From assembly GCA_965228475.1 (NCBI GenBank), contig OZ245817.1:736001-800000 (forward strand): a stretch of DNA of 64,000 nucleotides, in the 5' to 3' direction. Each line of letters starts with the position of its first letter. Position 1 is the stretch's first letter. The DNA is from Myxococcota bacterium. Its GTDB lineage: Bacteria > Myxococcota_A > UBA9160 > JAFDDA01. This document shows, one piece after another, positions 55,467 to 64,000 of the stretch. A program made the position numbers and the translations under genes. The notes beneath the pieces were generated by a model. That model was not told where the DNA came from. It searched no databases and was given only the letters and a program-made list of their open reading frames with translations.

Positions 55467-58028
55467 ATGCGCCGTACCTGCACCCTCTTCTTCGCCGTCT
55501 CCGCCGCCGCCTTCCTGAGTGGCTGCGAGCCCGATGGGGACCTCTCGGTCTTCTCCTTCAGCAAGCCCGAGGAAGGCCAGCTCTCCCTCGCCGGGGACGT
55601 CGCCACCCACGTCGTCTTCCCGGCCGGCGTCGACCGCTCGAGCCTCCGCGTCACCCTCGACGGCGAGGACGTGACCGAGCTCTACGAGACCTCCGTGGCG
55701 GACGTGACCGTCGGCCCGGGAGAGCACCAGCTCGTCGCGACGCTCCAGGTAGGAGACCAGCTTCTCACCGCCACGCGCAACTTCGAAGCGATCCTCGTGA
55801 CGAAGCCCGGCGCCTGCGACGGCCTGACCGACGCCGAGTGCTACGCGCTGAACGCCCAGATCGGGGCCGAGTGCGATCTGTTCAACACGGCCGAGTGCCT
55901 GCTCCCGTACCCGTCGGCGAAGTTCCTCGAGCCCGGCCCGACGCCGACCGGACTCACCGCGGCGATCCCGCAGATCGGCATCCCGCGCGTCAACGGCCCG
56001 ATCCAGGTGCCCGCCTCCCTGGCCGACGGGATCGACGGCTTCAGCCCGACGGTCCAGATGCTGATGCATTTCCCGCAGGGCGTGGACGTCGTGGCGTCGG
56101 GCCTCTCGCGGCTGCTGCCGCCGTGCCTCGGGCTGGTCGGCGAAGACCCGGAGTGCGTCGCCGCGACGGGCCCGCCCTGGGACGGCAGCGTCCGCACCCA
56201 CGACGCGCGGTCCCTCGACGCCGACCACCCGACCGTGCTCATGACCTGGAACGGCGAACGCGTCCTCCACTGGACGGAGAACGACATCGCGCCGCAGGAG
56301 TCTGGCCGCCAGGCCTTCCTTCTGCACCCCGCCGAGAGCCTCGAGCCCGGCGGGCGCTACATCGTGGCGGTGCGCAACCTGATCTCGCCCGACGGCCCCG
56401 CCGTCGAAGCGGAGCCCGTCTTCGCCGCCGTGCGCGACGGCCGCCCGACGGACATCCCCCAGCTCCTCGAGCGCCAGCAGAAGAACGAGCACATGTTCAA
56501 AAAGCTCGAGCAGGCCGGCGTCGCGCGCGAGGATCTGATCCTGGCCTTCGAGTTCACCGTGCAGTCGAGCGAGGGGCTGACCCGCCAGATGCTCTCGATG
56601 CGCGATCAGGGCATGCAGTGGCTGGCGGACCAGACCCAGCAGAACTTCACCGTCACCGACGACGGCCGGGCGGACGAGAACGACTGCTCGAACCCGGAGG
56701 AGAACATCTGGCGCGTCGTCGAGGGCCAGTTCAGCGCGCCGCTCTTCCTCGAGTTCCCGCCGAACCAGACCACCGTCGGCGAGCACACCGTCGATGCCGA
56801 CGACCTCCCCGTGCAGAACGGCACCTGGGACGAGGCGCCCTTCCACGTCTCGCTTCCCTGCCTGCTCCATCCCGAGTACGGGGACCCCGCCGCCGCGGTG
56901 CACACGATCCTGCTCGGCCACGGCATCTTCGGCCGGGGCGAGGGCATGGTGCGCGGCGTCGCGCCGGGCGCGGCGGACCTGATGGACTTCTGGCGCGATC
57001 CGCCGGCGCCGCTCGTGGCGCGCGACACGCGGGAGTGGAACTACGTCGCCGGCGCGACGGACTGGAGCGGCTGGAGCAGCCCCGACTTCGTCTGGGTGGG
57101 CGGCGCGATCATCGGCCTGTTCACGAGCAACCTGCACCAGTTCCCGGCCTTCCCGGACCGCCATCGCCAGGGCCAGCTGAACACGCTGATCCTCTCGCGC
57201 ATGATGAACGAGGGCCTCTTCAACCAGGACCCGGCCTTCCAGGATTCCGAGGGCAACGGGCTGCTGCCGGTGCCGAAGGACGACCCGGACTCCGGCCACT
57301 ACTACTACGGGATCAGCATGGGCGGCGTGCAGGGCCTCTTCCACGCCGCGATCTCCCAGGACATCGAGAAGTTCGGGATCGACGTCGGCTCGATGAACTT
57401 CTCCTTCCTGCTGCCGCGCTCGACCCAGTTCAACACCGTGAACCCGAACGACATCGACTTCCGCACGCTGCTCGGGAACGTCGGCCTCTCGGACGATCTC
57501 GACGTGGCGATCGGCGTCGCCCTCCTGCACGAGCTCTGGGTCTCGGCGGATCCGGCCGGCTACATGACGCGCACCGTCGGCAGTGACCTCCTGCCGGGCA
57601 ACAACTTCCCGAAGAAGATCTACATGTCGCCGGCCTGGCTCGACTACCAGGTCTCGAACCACGGCACGGAGATCACGTCGCGGACGCTCGGGCTCTCGAG
57701 CGGGCCGGGCTCGGTCCAGAAGGGCCTCGTCGGGATTCCCGACGTGCCGGACGACGGGCAGGGGCTCGACTCGGCCCTCGTCATGTGGGACACGGGCCTC
57801 CACGACATCCTCGATCCGAACACCCTCGACGAGTACCCGCCCCTCGCGCCGCAGGTCGTCCAGGACCCGAACGGGGATCCCCACGGTGCGCGGCCCTTCA
57901 TCCCGGCGACCCTCCAGACGCTGATGACCTTCCTGCAGCCGGGCGGGCAGATCGAGAACTTCTGCGACGACGACGGCATCTGCGATGCCTCGCAGGCCTG
58001 GGAGTGCGGCGGAGGGAATTGCCCCTGA
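55467..58028 (+). CDS. Large lipoprotein alpha/beta hydrolase, paralog B
   Basis: GGAG before ATG 55467, lipobox LSGC, CLLPYPS, DGFSP, GHGIFG, GISMGG, LDYQVSN, DPHG. Confidence 0.8.
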   Translation: MRRTCTLFFAVSAAAFLSGCEPDGDLSVFSFSKPEEGQLSLAGDVATHVVFPAGVDRSSLRVTLDGEDVTELYETSVADVTVGPGEHQLVATLQVGDQLLTATRNFEAILVTKPGACDGLTDAECYALNAQIGAECDLFNTAECLLPYPSAKFLEPGPTPTGLTAAIPQIGIPRVNGPIQVPASLADGIDGFSPTVQMLMHFPQGVDVVASGLSRLLPPCLGLVGEDPECVAATGPPWDGSVRTHDARSLDADHPTVLMTWNGERVLHWTENDIAPQESGRQAFLLHPAESLEPGGRYIVAVRNLISPDGPAVEAEPVFAAVRDGRPTDIPQLLERQQKNEHMFKKLEQAGVAREDLILAFEFTVQSSEGLTRQMLSMRDQGMQWLADQTQQNFTVTDDGRADENDCSNPEENIWRVVEGQFSAPLFLEFPPNQTTVGEHTVDADDLPVQNGTWDEAPFHVSLPCLLHPEYGDPAAAVHTILLGHGIFGRGEGMVRGVAPGAADLMDFWRDPPAPLVARDTREWNYVAGATDWSGWSSPDFVWVGGAIIGLFTSNLHQFPAFPDRHRQGQLNTLILSRMMNEGLFNQDPAFQDSEGNGLLPVPKDDPDSGHYYYGISMGGVQGLFHAAISQDIEKFGIDVGSMNFSFLLPRSTQFNTVNPNDIDFRTLLGNVGLSDDLDVAIGVALLHELWVSADPAGYMTRTVGSDLLPGNNFPKKIYMSPAWLDYQVSNHGTEITSRTLGLSSGPGSVQKGLVGIPDVPDDGQGLDSALVMWDTGLHDILDPNTLDEYPPLAPQVVQDPNGDPHGARPFIPATLQTLMTFLQPGGQIENFCDDDGICDASQAWECGGGNCP

Positions 58029-58100
58029 CCGAGGCGCCCGCGTCGGGCGCGGCGAGACCGCTCGGGGCACTGCGACGGAACGCCTCGCAATGCCGACATC

Positions 58101-58153
58101 GCGAAACCCCGGTTCGGGCCGGCGAAAGCCCTCCGAAGCGGGGTTTTGCTTTT
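58101..58153 (+). terminator. Extended hairpin with T-rich tail
   Basis: AAACCCCG..TTCGG..GGC-GAAA-GCC..CCGAA..CGGGGTTT followed by TGCTTTT. Confidence 0.5.
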
Positions 58154-58238
58154 GAAACCCGGCCCATGGCGGCTATTCTCCCAACTCCCCGAGCCCTGCC
58201 GCGCCGCGCGGGCTCGAGTGCAAATCGGAGAACGTGTC

Positions 58239-59960
58239 TTGGTCGAGGTATTCCGACACGACGTCGTGATCGTCGGCGGTGGAGCCGCGGGTCTGCGAGC
58301 CGCCATCGAGGTGGTGGAGCAGGATCCGAACGCCACCGTCGCCATGGTCTCGAAGGTCTATCCCATGCGAAGCCACACCGTTTCGGCGGAGGGGGGTTCC
58401 GCGGCCGTCGCGCGCGAGGACGACAGCCTCGAGATGCACGGCTACGACACGGTGAAGGGCTCGGACTTCCTGGGCGACCAGGACGTGATCCAGGCCTTCG
58501 TCGAGGAAGCGCCGAAGGAGCTGACGCGCCTCGAGCATTGGGGCTGCCCCTGGAGCCGCAACGAAGACGGCACCGTGGCCACGCGCGCCTTCGGCGGCAT
58601 GACCACCAAGCGCACGTGGTACGCCGCCGACAAGGTCGGCTTCCACATGCTGCACACGCTCTTCCAGACATCGATGAAGTACGACCGCATCGTCCGCTAC
58701 GACGAGCGCTTCATGACGAAGCTCCTCGTCGAGGACGGCCGCTGCCAGGGCGTCGTGGCGATGGACATCCGCACGGGCGCGATGGAGGTCTACCTCGGCC
58801 GCGCCGTGATCCTCGCGACGGGCGGCGCCGGCAAGATCTTCCCGTTCACCACGAACGGCAACATCAAGACGGGCGACGGCATGGCCGCGGCGTACCGCGC
58901 CGGCGTGCCGTTGAAGGACATGGAGTTCGTCCAGTACCACCCGACCGGGCTGCCGGGAACGGGCATCCTGATCACCGAGGCCACGCGAGGCGAGGGCGGT
59001 CACGTCAAGAACAAGGATGGCGAGCGCTTCCTCGTGACGCGCGACTACGGCGTCGGCACCAAGGCCGAGCTCGGCCCGCGCGACATGATCTCGCGCGCGA
59101 TCGTGCAGGAGATCGAGGCGGGCCGCGGCTTCGAGGGGCCCTACGGCGAGTTCGTCCACCTCGACCTCACGCATCTGGGCGAAGCGAAGCTGAAGGAGCG
59201 CCTGCCCTTCGTGCTCGAGCTCGGGCGCACCTACGCCAACGTCGACCCGGTCACCGAGAGCATCCCGATCCGCCCGGTGGTCCATTACATGATGGGCGGC
59301 GTCGACACGAACATCGACGGCGCGACCGACGTCCCCGGCCTCTACGCCGCGGGCGAGGTCGCCTGCGTCTCGCTCAACGGCGCGAACCGGCTCGGCTCGA
59401 ACTCGCTGTCCGAGTGCGTGGTCTTCGGCGCGCGCTCCGCGCGCAAGGCCCTCGAGTACGCCAAGGGCGTGGGCGACGCCGACGAGGCCCGCCTGCGCAA
59501 GGAAGGCTTCGAAGAGGGCGATCGGCTCGAGAAGCTGCGCGGCAAGTCCGGCGGCGAGAAGATCTCGGCCGTCCGGCGCGATCTCAACACCGCCATGGAG
59601 AAGGGCTTCGGCGTCTACCGCGAAGAGTCCACGCTCCAGCAGGGCGTCGCGGACGTCGCGGCGGTGAAGGCGCGGCTCGCGGACCTGTCCCTCGAGGACA
59701 CGAGCACGGTCTTCAACACCGAGATCATCGCGGCGCTCGAGCTCGTGAACATGGTCGACTGCGCCGAGAGCCTCGCGGCGGCGGCGGCGGTGCGGAAGGA
59801 ATCCCGCGGCGCCCACACCCGCAAGGACTACAAGGAGCGCGACGACGCGCACCACCTGCATCACTCGATGGTCTACTGGGACCCGAACGGCGGCGCGCCG
59901 CGCGTGGACAAGAGTGACGTCACGCTGGGCCACTGGGAGCCCGAGGAGCGGAAGTACTAG
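58239..59960 (+). CDS. frdA: Fumarate reductase/succinate dehydrogenase flavoprotein
   Basis: GGGAAG, RSHTVSAEGG (covalent FAD His), QYHPT, TRGEGG, HYMMGG, GANRLGSNSL, ESRGAH. Confidence 0.92.
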   Translation: MVEVFRHDVVIVGGGAAGLRAAIEVVEQDPNATVAMVSKVYPMRSHTVSAEGGSAAVAREDDSLEMHGYDTVKGSDFLGDQDVIQAFVEEAPKELTRLEHWGCPWSRNEDGTVATRAFGGMTTKRTWYAADKVGFHMLHTLFQTSMKYDRIVRYDERFMTKLLVEDGRCQGVVAMDIRTGAMEVYLGRAVILATGGAGKIFPFTTNGNIKTGDGMAAAYRAGVPLKDMEFVQYHPTGLPGTGILITEATRGEGGHVKNKDGERFLVTRDYGVGTKAELGPRDMISRAIVQEIEAGRGFEGPYGEFVHLDLTHLGEAKLKERLPFVLELGRTYANVDPVTESIPIRPVVHYMMGGVDTNIDGATDVPGLYAAGEVACVSLNGANRLGSNSLSECVVFGARSARKALEYAKGVGDADEARLRKEGFEEGDRLEKLRGKSGGEKISAVRRDLNTAMEKGFGVYREESTLQQGVADVAAVKARLADLSLEDTSTVFNTEIIAALELVNMVDCAESLAAAAAVRKESRGAHTRKDYKERDDAHHLHHSMVYWDPNGGAPRVDKSDVTLGHWEPEERKY

Positions 59961-59962
59961 GC

Positions 59963-60721
59963 ATGGCCGGCAACACGAAGACCTTCGTCGTCACGCGTTT
60001 CGATCCGGACAAGGACGAGGTCCCGAAGACCCAGAGCTACGAGGTGCCGTGCGAGGCGGACTGGAAGGTCCTCGACGCCCTCAACTACATCAAGGACGAG
60101 ATCGATCCGTCGCTCTCCCACCGCTGGAGCTGCCGCATGGCGGTCTGCGGAAGCTGCGGGATGAACGTGAACGGCGAGCCCAAGCTCACCTGCAAGTCGC
60201 GGCTGTCGGACTACGGCGACACGGTCGAGGTCGAGCCGCTCTCGAACTTCCCGGTCGTGCGCGATCTCGTGGTCGAGATGGACGGCTTCATGGAGAAGTT
60301 CCAGGACATGAAGCCCTGGATCCTGCGCGCCAAGGAGCTGGCCGTCGAAGAGGGCACGACGCGGCAGTCGCCCGAGGAGCTCTCGCACTTCAAGCAGTTC
60401 AGCATGTGCATCAACTGCATGCTCTGCTACGCGGCCTGTCCGGTCGTCGGCAAGGAGCCGGGCTTCGCCGGCCCCGCCGCCATCGCGCTCGCCCACCGCT
60501 ACAACCTCGACACCCGCGACGAAGGCCAGCCCGAGCGGCTCGAGGCCCTGCGCGAGGGCGAGGTCTACAACTGCTCCTACGCGAACGAGTGCAGCGAGGT
60601 CTGCCCGAAGGGGGTCGACCCCTCGGCGGCGGTCCAGCAGTCGAAGCTCTTCTCGACGCTCGATTGGGTGACCGGCCTCGTGCTTCCGAAACCCGGCTCC
60701 GACGAGAAGGACGAAGCCTAG
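59963..60721 (+). CDS. frdB: Fumarate reductase iron-sulfur subunit
   Basis: WSCRMAVCGSCG, CINCMLCYAACP, C.....CSEVCPKGVDP, resembling enteric FrdB. Confidence 0.92.
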   Translation: MAGNTKTFVVTRFDPDKDEVPKTQSYEVPCEADWKVLDALNYIKDEIDPSLSHRWSCRMAVCGSCGMNVNGEPKLTCKSRLSDYGDTVEVEPLSNFPVVRDLVVEMDGFMEKFQDMKPWILRAKELAVEEGTTRQSPEELSHFKQFSMCINCMLCYAACPVVGKEPGFAGPAAIALAHRYNLDTRDEGQPERLEALREGEVYNCSYANECSEVCPKGVDPSAAVQQSKLFSTLDWVTGLVLPKPGSDEKDEA

Positions 60722-60723
60722 CC

Positions 60724-61170
60724 ATGGCCATTCCCGCACATCCCGACGCGATGAAGCCCCGCGAGCGGGCGCGCACGCGCACCGCCTCGCCCATGATGGC
60801 CGGCAACTGGTGGACGAAGAACCCGCGCTACGTCGCCTACGTCGCGTACGCCTTCGCCGGCGTCTTCTTCTGGCTCCAGGCGATGATCCTGATCCGCGCG
60901 CTCTGGGCCCTCGGAACGGGGGAGGGCGCCTGGAACGCCTTCCTCGACGACCTGCGCAACCCGATCTACATCGGCTTCCACGTCGTCTCGTTCGCGGTGA
61001 TGGTCTGGTACGGCGCGCGCACGTACTTCAAGCTCTTCGTGAAGACCCAGCCGCCCATGATCGGGCCGCTGCCGCGCCCGCCGGTCGCCATCTTCCCGCC
61101 GCTCCTCGCGGCCGTCTGGATCGGCGCCAGCGCCGCGCTGCTGGTCGTCCTCGGAGGAATCTGGCCGTGA
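60724..61170 (+). CDS. frdC: Fumarate reductase membrane anchor C
   Basis: WW.KNPRY N-terminus, three TMs, WNAFLDDLRNP, and its position after frdB. Confidence 0.72.
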   Translation: MAIPAHPDAMKPRERARTRTASPMMAGNWWTKNPRYVAYVAYAFAGVFFWLQAMILIRALWALGTGEGAWNAFLDDLRNPIYIGFHVVSFAVMVWYGARTYFKLFVKTQPPMIGPLPRPPVAIFPPLLAAVWIGASAALLVVLGGIWP

Positions 61171-61550
61171 GCCACTCGCCGCTCAAGCGCTTCATGAACG
61201 CGATCGAGCCCCTGATCTGGGGCCCCTTCGTGACCGGCAACTTCCTGACGCCCCTGGTCTTCCCGGCCATCATCCTGGCCTTCGGGATCGCCTACCCGCT
61301 CGGCTGGATCCCCGCCGAGGCGCTCTCCTACGAGCGCGCCTTCGCCCTGGCGAGCAACCCGCTCGTGGTGATCGGCGTGCTGGTGATCATCCCGCTCGCC
61401 CTGCTCGCCGGCTCGCACCACCTGCGCTTCGGCCTGATCGACATCGGCAGCGCCGAGGCCGACGGCCCCCGGGCCCTGGTGCTCTACGGCCTGTGGCAGC
61501 TCGGAGCCATCGTCACCGCCGCTGCGGTGGTTCGGATCCTGTTCGACTAG
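61167..61550 (+). CDS. frdD: Fumarate reductase membrane anchor D
   Basis: EPLIWG.F, AYPLG, LSYERA.A.ASNPL, HHLRFGL.D. GTGA overlap. Confidence 0.75.
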   Translation: MSHSPLKRFMNAIEPLIWGPFVTGNFLTPLVFPAIILAFGIAYPLGWIPAEALSYERAFALASNPLVVIGVLVIIPLALLAGSHHLRFGLIDIGSAEADGPRALVLYGLWQLGAIVTAAAVVRILFD

Positions 61551-61576
61551 TGCGAACCGCGGGCTAGCCTTCGCTC

Positions 61577-62122
61577 ATGAGTGAAAGCCCCAACCCGCGA
61601 CAACGCCTGATCGTCCTGATCGTGCTCGGCGGTGCCGCCGTGCTCGGCAGCTACCTGCTGACCTTCTCGCGGCCCGACGCCGCCGCGATCCTGTGGGGCG
61701 GCGTCCCCGAGGCCTGGAAGGGCTTCTACACGACGAACATGTTCCTGGCCGCGGCGGGCTTCTTCCCGTTCACGGCGCTCCTGCTGTCCGCCGACCCGGC
61801 CCGCTTCGCGTTCGCCGGCGGCCGCAGCCACGCGACGCTCTTCTGGTGCTACTTCCTCGTGCTGATCCCGTCGGCGCTCTGGCTCCCGCTCACCTACGCC
61901 TTCGCCGACTCCGGCGGCACCATGGCCCTCTGGTGGGCCGTCCGCATCGACCTCGCCCTCGTCGCCATCGGCTCCCTCGGCATCCTCGTTGCTGCCCTCA
62001 CGCTCCGCCCGGCCCCCAACCGCCTCCTCCAGGTCGTAGCCGTCGTAGGCGCCATCTCCTTCAACGTCCAAACCGTCCTCCTAGACGCCCTCATCTGGCC
62101 CGCCTACTACCCGCTCCCTTGA
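61577..62122 (+). CDS. Hypothetical multi-TM membrane protein
   Basis: About 5 TMs. Motifs LWGGVP...Y...M, LIPSALW.PLT, Q..LLDA.IW. Confidence 0.7.
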   Translation: MSESPNPRQRLIVLIVLGGAAVLGSYLLTFSRPDAAAILWGGVPEAWKGFYTTNMFLAAAGFFPFTALLLSADPARFAFAGGRSHATLFWCYFLVLIPSALWLPLTYAFADSGGTMALWWAVRIDLALVAIGSLGILVAALTLRPAPNRLLQVVAVVGAISFNVQTVLLDALIWPAYYPLP

Positions 62123-62158
62123 ACCCCAGGACGGGGTGCGGTTCGGGTCGCCTCAACT

Positions 62159-62279
62159 CGCGGGGCGGGCCGGGGAAGGCTTCAGCGAAGTAAAGCGCAG
62201 CCCGCACTCGGATCTTCAATGGGTTCCGGTGGTCGCCAGGGCGAGCCATGAGCGGAAGCCTTCCCCGGCCTGCCCCGCG
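62159..62279. repeat. Palindromic element with 25-bp terminal inverted repeats (REP/MITE-like or structured RNA)
   Basis: CGCGGGGCGGGCCGGGGAAGGCTTC (62159-62183) and GAAGCCTTCCCCGGCCTGCCCCGCG (62255-62279), with one mismatch that is a G-U pair on the + strand. Confidence 0.75.
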
Positions 62280-62281
62280 CG

Positions 62282-62713
62282 CTACGAGAAGTGAGACGCG
62301 TCGAATCCCGCAAGCCGCTCGACGAACCACCGCGGCGCCTGCCCCATGAACGCATTCAAATCCCAGTAGTCCCGCCAAAGCGAAACCTTCCCCCCAACCA
62401 CCTCATGCACCGTCACGAAGTGATTCGTGATCTTCTCCCCCGTCTCGAAGTGCCAAGTCTCCGTATGCTCGACCAGCACCTGCCCCGCCTCGGCCACCGT
62501 GCGATGGATGTCGTGCTCGAAGCGCACCACCGGATCGAGTCCGATGCGCAGCCGCTTCACCACGTTTTCCGGGCCCCGGGCACCCGCGTCCGGCGCCGGG
62601 ACGTCCTCGTAGAAGGCGTCGTCCGAGAGCCGCGCCTTCAGCCCATCCCAATCCTTGCGGTAGAGGCAGGCCCAGAGTTCCGCTACCACGCGCTTGTCGT
62701 CTTCGATGGCCAT
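62282..62713 (-). CDS. Limonene-1,2-epoxide hydrolase/SnoaL-like (NTF2 fold)
   Basis: DAFYEDVP, RGPE, EHTETW, VHEV..GKV.LWRDYWD. Confidence 0.82.
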   Translation of the reverse strand: MAIEDDKRVVAELWACLYRKDWDGLKARLSDDAFYEDVPAPDAGARGPENVVKRLRIGLDPVVRFEHDIHRTVAEAGQVLVEHTETWHFETGEKITNHFVTVHEVVGGKVSLWRDYWDLNAFMGQAPRWFVERLAGFDASHFS

Positions 62714-62752
62714 GGCGTCCATGATACGCTCGGGTCTCGCCTCGGAGGACCC

Positions 62753-63133
62753 ATGACGCGCCCCTTCCTCGGTTTCTTCGGCCTGATGTTCGTGGTCTAT
62801 GGGATCTACTGCTTCTTCTCCCCGGGCGCGCTCGCGGAGATCGCCGGCATCGCTTCGGCGACGCCCACCGGCAGTACGGAGCTGCGGGCCATGTACGGCG
62901 GCCTCCAGGCCGGCGCCGGCGCCCTGCTGCTCGCCGGTTTCCTCCGCGCCGATCTCGCGCGGCCCGCGCTGCTCGCCCTCGGCTTCCTCGGCATCGGTCT
63001 CTTCTCCGGCCGGCTGCTCGGCGCGGTGCTCGACGACGGCTGGTCGGCCTACACCGGCATGGCCTTCGCGCTCGAGTTCGCGATGTTCGCCGGCTCCTTC
63101 GCGCTGCTTCGCGGCGTGGAATCCGAGGGCTGA
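62753..63133 (+). CDS. DUF4345-like membrane protein
   Basis: GGAGG SD, 4 TMs, ELRAMYGG, GRLLG...DG-like, E in the last TM. Confidence 0.75.
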   Translation: MTRPFLGFFGLMFVVYGIYCFFSPGALAEIAGIASATPTGSTELRAMYGGLQAGAGALLLAGFLRADLARPALLALGFLGIGLFSGRLLGAVLDDGWSAYTGMAFALEFAMFAGSFALLRGVESEG

Positions 63134-63726
63134 TGGCCGCCACGCTCGAGTTCTGGTTCGAATTCGCCAGCACGTACTCGTACCCGGCGGCGATGCGCGT
63201 GGAAGCGGCCGCCCGCGATCGCGGCGTCCCCCTGGCCTGGCGGCCCTTCCTGCTCGGGCCGATCTTCAAGGCCCAGGGTTGGAACGATTCCCCCTTCAAC
63301 CTCTACCCGGCCAAGGGCCGCTACATGTGGCGGGACCTCGAGCGGGTCTGCGAGGCGCAGGGTCTGCCCCTGCGTCGGCCCTCGGACTTTCCGCGCAACG
63401 GCCTCCACGCCGCACGCGTCGCCCATCGGCACCAGGACGAAGCCTGGCTCCCGGGTTTCGTCCGCGCCGTCTACCGGGCGAACTTCGCCGAAGACCGGGA
63501 CCCGGCCGATCCGGCCGTTCTCGCCGCGATCCTCTCGGACCTCGGACAGCCCGCGGAGGCGGTGCTGGCCGCCGCCGCCGAGCCCGCGGCGAAGGCGGGG
63601 CTCCGGGAACAGACGGAGCGGGCGGCCGAGGCGGGGCTGTTCGGCGCTCCGAGCTTCCGGGTCGACGGGGAGCTCTTCTGGGGAAACGACCGTTTGGAGA
63701 TGGCGCTCGAGCGCGCCGCGGCATGA
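63133..63726 (+). CDS. 2-hydroxychromene-2-carboxylate isomerase/DsbA-like (GST kappa) protein
   Basis: FWFEFASTYSY, WRPFLLGPIF, YMWRDLER, GLFGAPSF.VDGELFWGNDRL. Confidence 0.88.
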   Translation: MAATLEFWFEFASTYSYPAAMRVEAAARDRGVPLAWRPFLLGPIFKAQGWNDSPFNLYPAKGRYMWRDLERVCEAQGLPLRRPSDFPRNGLHAARVAHRHQDEAWLPGFVRAVYRANFAEDRDPADPAVLAAILSDLGQPAEAVLAAAAEPAAKAGLREQTERAAEAGLFGAPSFRVDGELFWGNDRLEMALERAAA

Positions 63727-63766
63727 ACACGAGACACGGGCTCTACACACGGACAAGGAGATCGAG

Positions 63767-64000
63767 ATGGCTTTCTTGATGGACCGCTTCGCCCCCCAGA
63801 CCTATGCGGCCCTGCGCATCGTGACGGGTCTGCTCTTCCTGTGGCACGGCACGCAGAAGCTCTTCGGCTTCCCCGCGGCCGCCCACGAAGGGACGCCGGC
63901 CTTCGTCACCTACGTGGCGGGCGGCATCGAGCTCGTCGGCGGCGCGCTCGTGATGATCGGCCTGCAGACCAAGCCGGCGGCCTTCCTGTGCAGCGGGCTC
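63767..64000 (+). CDS. DoxX family membrane protein (truncated by window end)
   Basis: AGGAG SD. MAFLMDRFAPQTYAALRIVTGLLFLWHGTQKLFGFP...AGGIELVGG. Confidence 0.85.
   Translation, partial: MAFLMDRFAPQTYAALRIVTGLLFLWHGTQKLFGFPAAAHEGTPAFVTYVAGGIELVGGALVMIGLQTKPAAFLCSGL

Noticed and set aside
58081..58160. c-di-GMP or other riboswitch upstream of frdA
   Set aside because: There is a GAAA tetraloop, but no second stem or conserved riboswitch motifs that I can recognise. A terminator explains it.
63723..63779. 18-aa ORF overlapping the isomerase stop and the doxX start as another coupling unit
   Set aside because: It has no repeat structure, and doxX has its own AGGAG SD at ATG 63767, so it is probably chance.

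Overview
A very GC-rich, densely coding bacterial window. Gene content and style suggest Myxococcota/deltaproteobacteria, which is an inference. It is mostly core and metabolic genes: cysE; a PaaX-like regulator with a desaturase; nnrU; ccdA plus a thioredoxin; nupC; thiE; ntrBC; moeA/mobA; a MoxR-DUF58-VWA (Bat) operon; rfaE2; an AsmA-like gene; ptsP; a heme-copper oxidase cluster; a PAS-GGDEF-EAL gene; leuS; ppsR; an MMPL/RND transporter; aguB/aguA; a secreted repeat protein; two divergent paralogous lipoprotein hydrolases; and frdABCD. I saw no rRNA, tRNA, CRISPR, transposase or prophage. Most notable observations: (1) three operon junctions are bridged by short 3n+2-nt units that encode chains of 8-14 aa mini-ORFs coupled by ATGA/GTGA overlaps (MIRU-like); (2) an A1-motif oxidase has its whole K-channel replaced and a 34-aa unannotated membrane peptide in the operon; (3) ptsP probably starts at ATT; (4) twin CRP-type boxes sit at class II spacing; (5) leaderless-type promoters are widespread; (6) a long palindromic element is flanked by a local strand skew. 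Start codons were refined by eye and are provisional.
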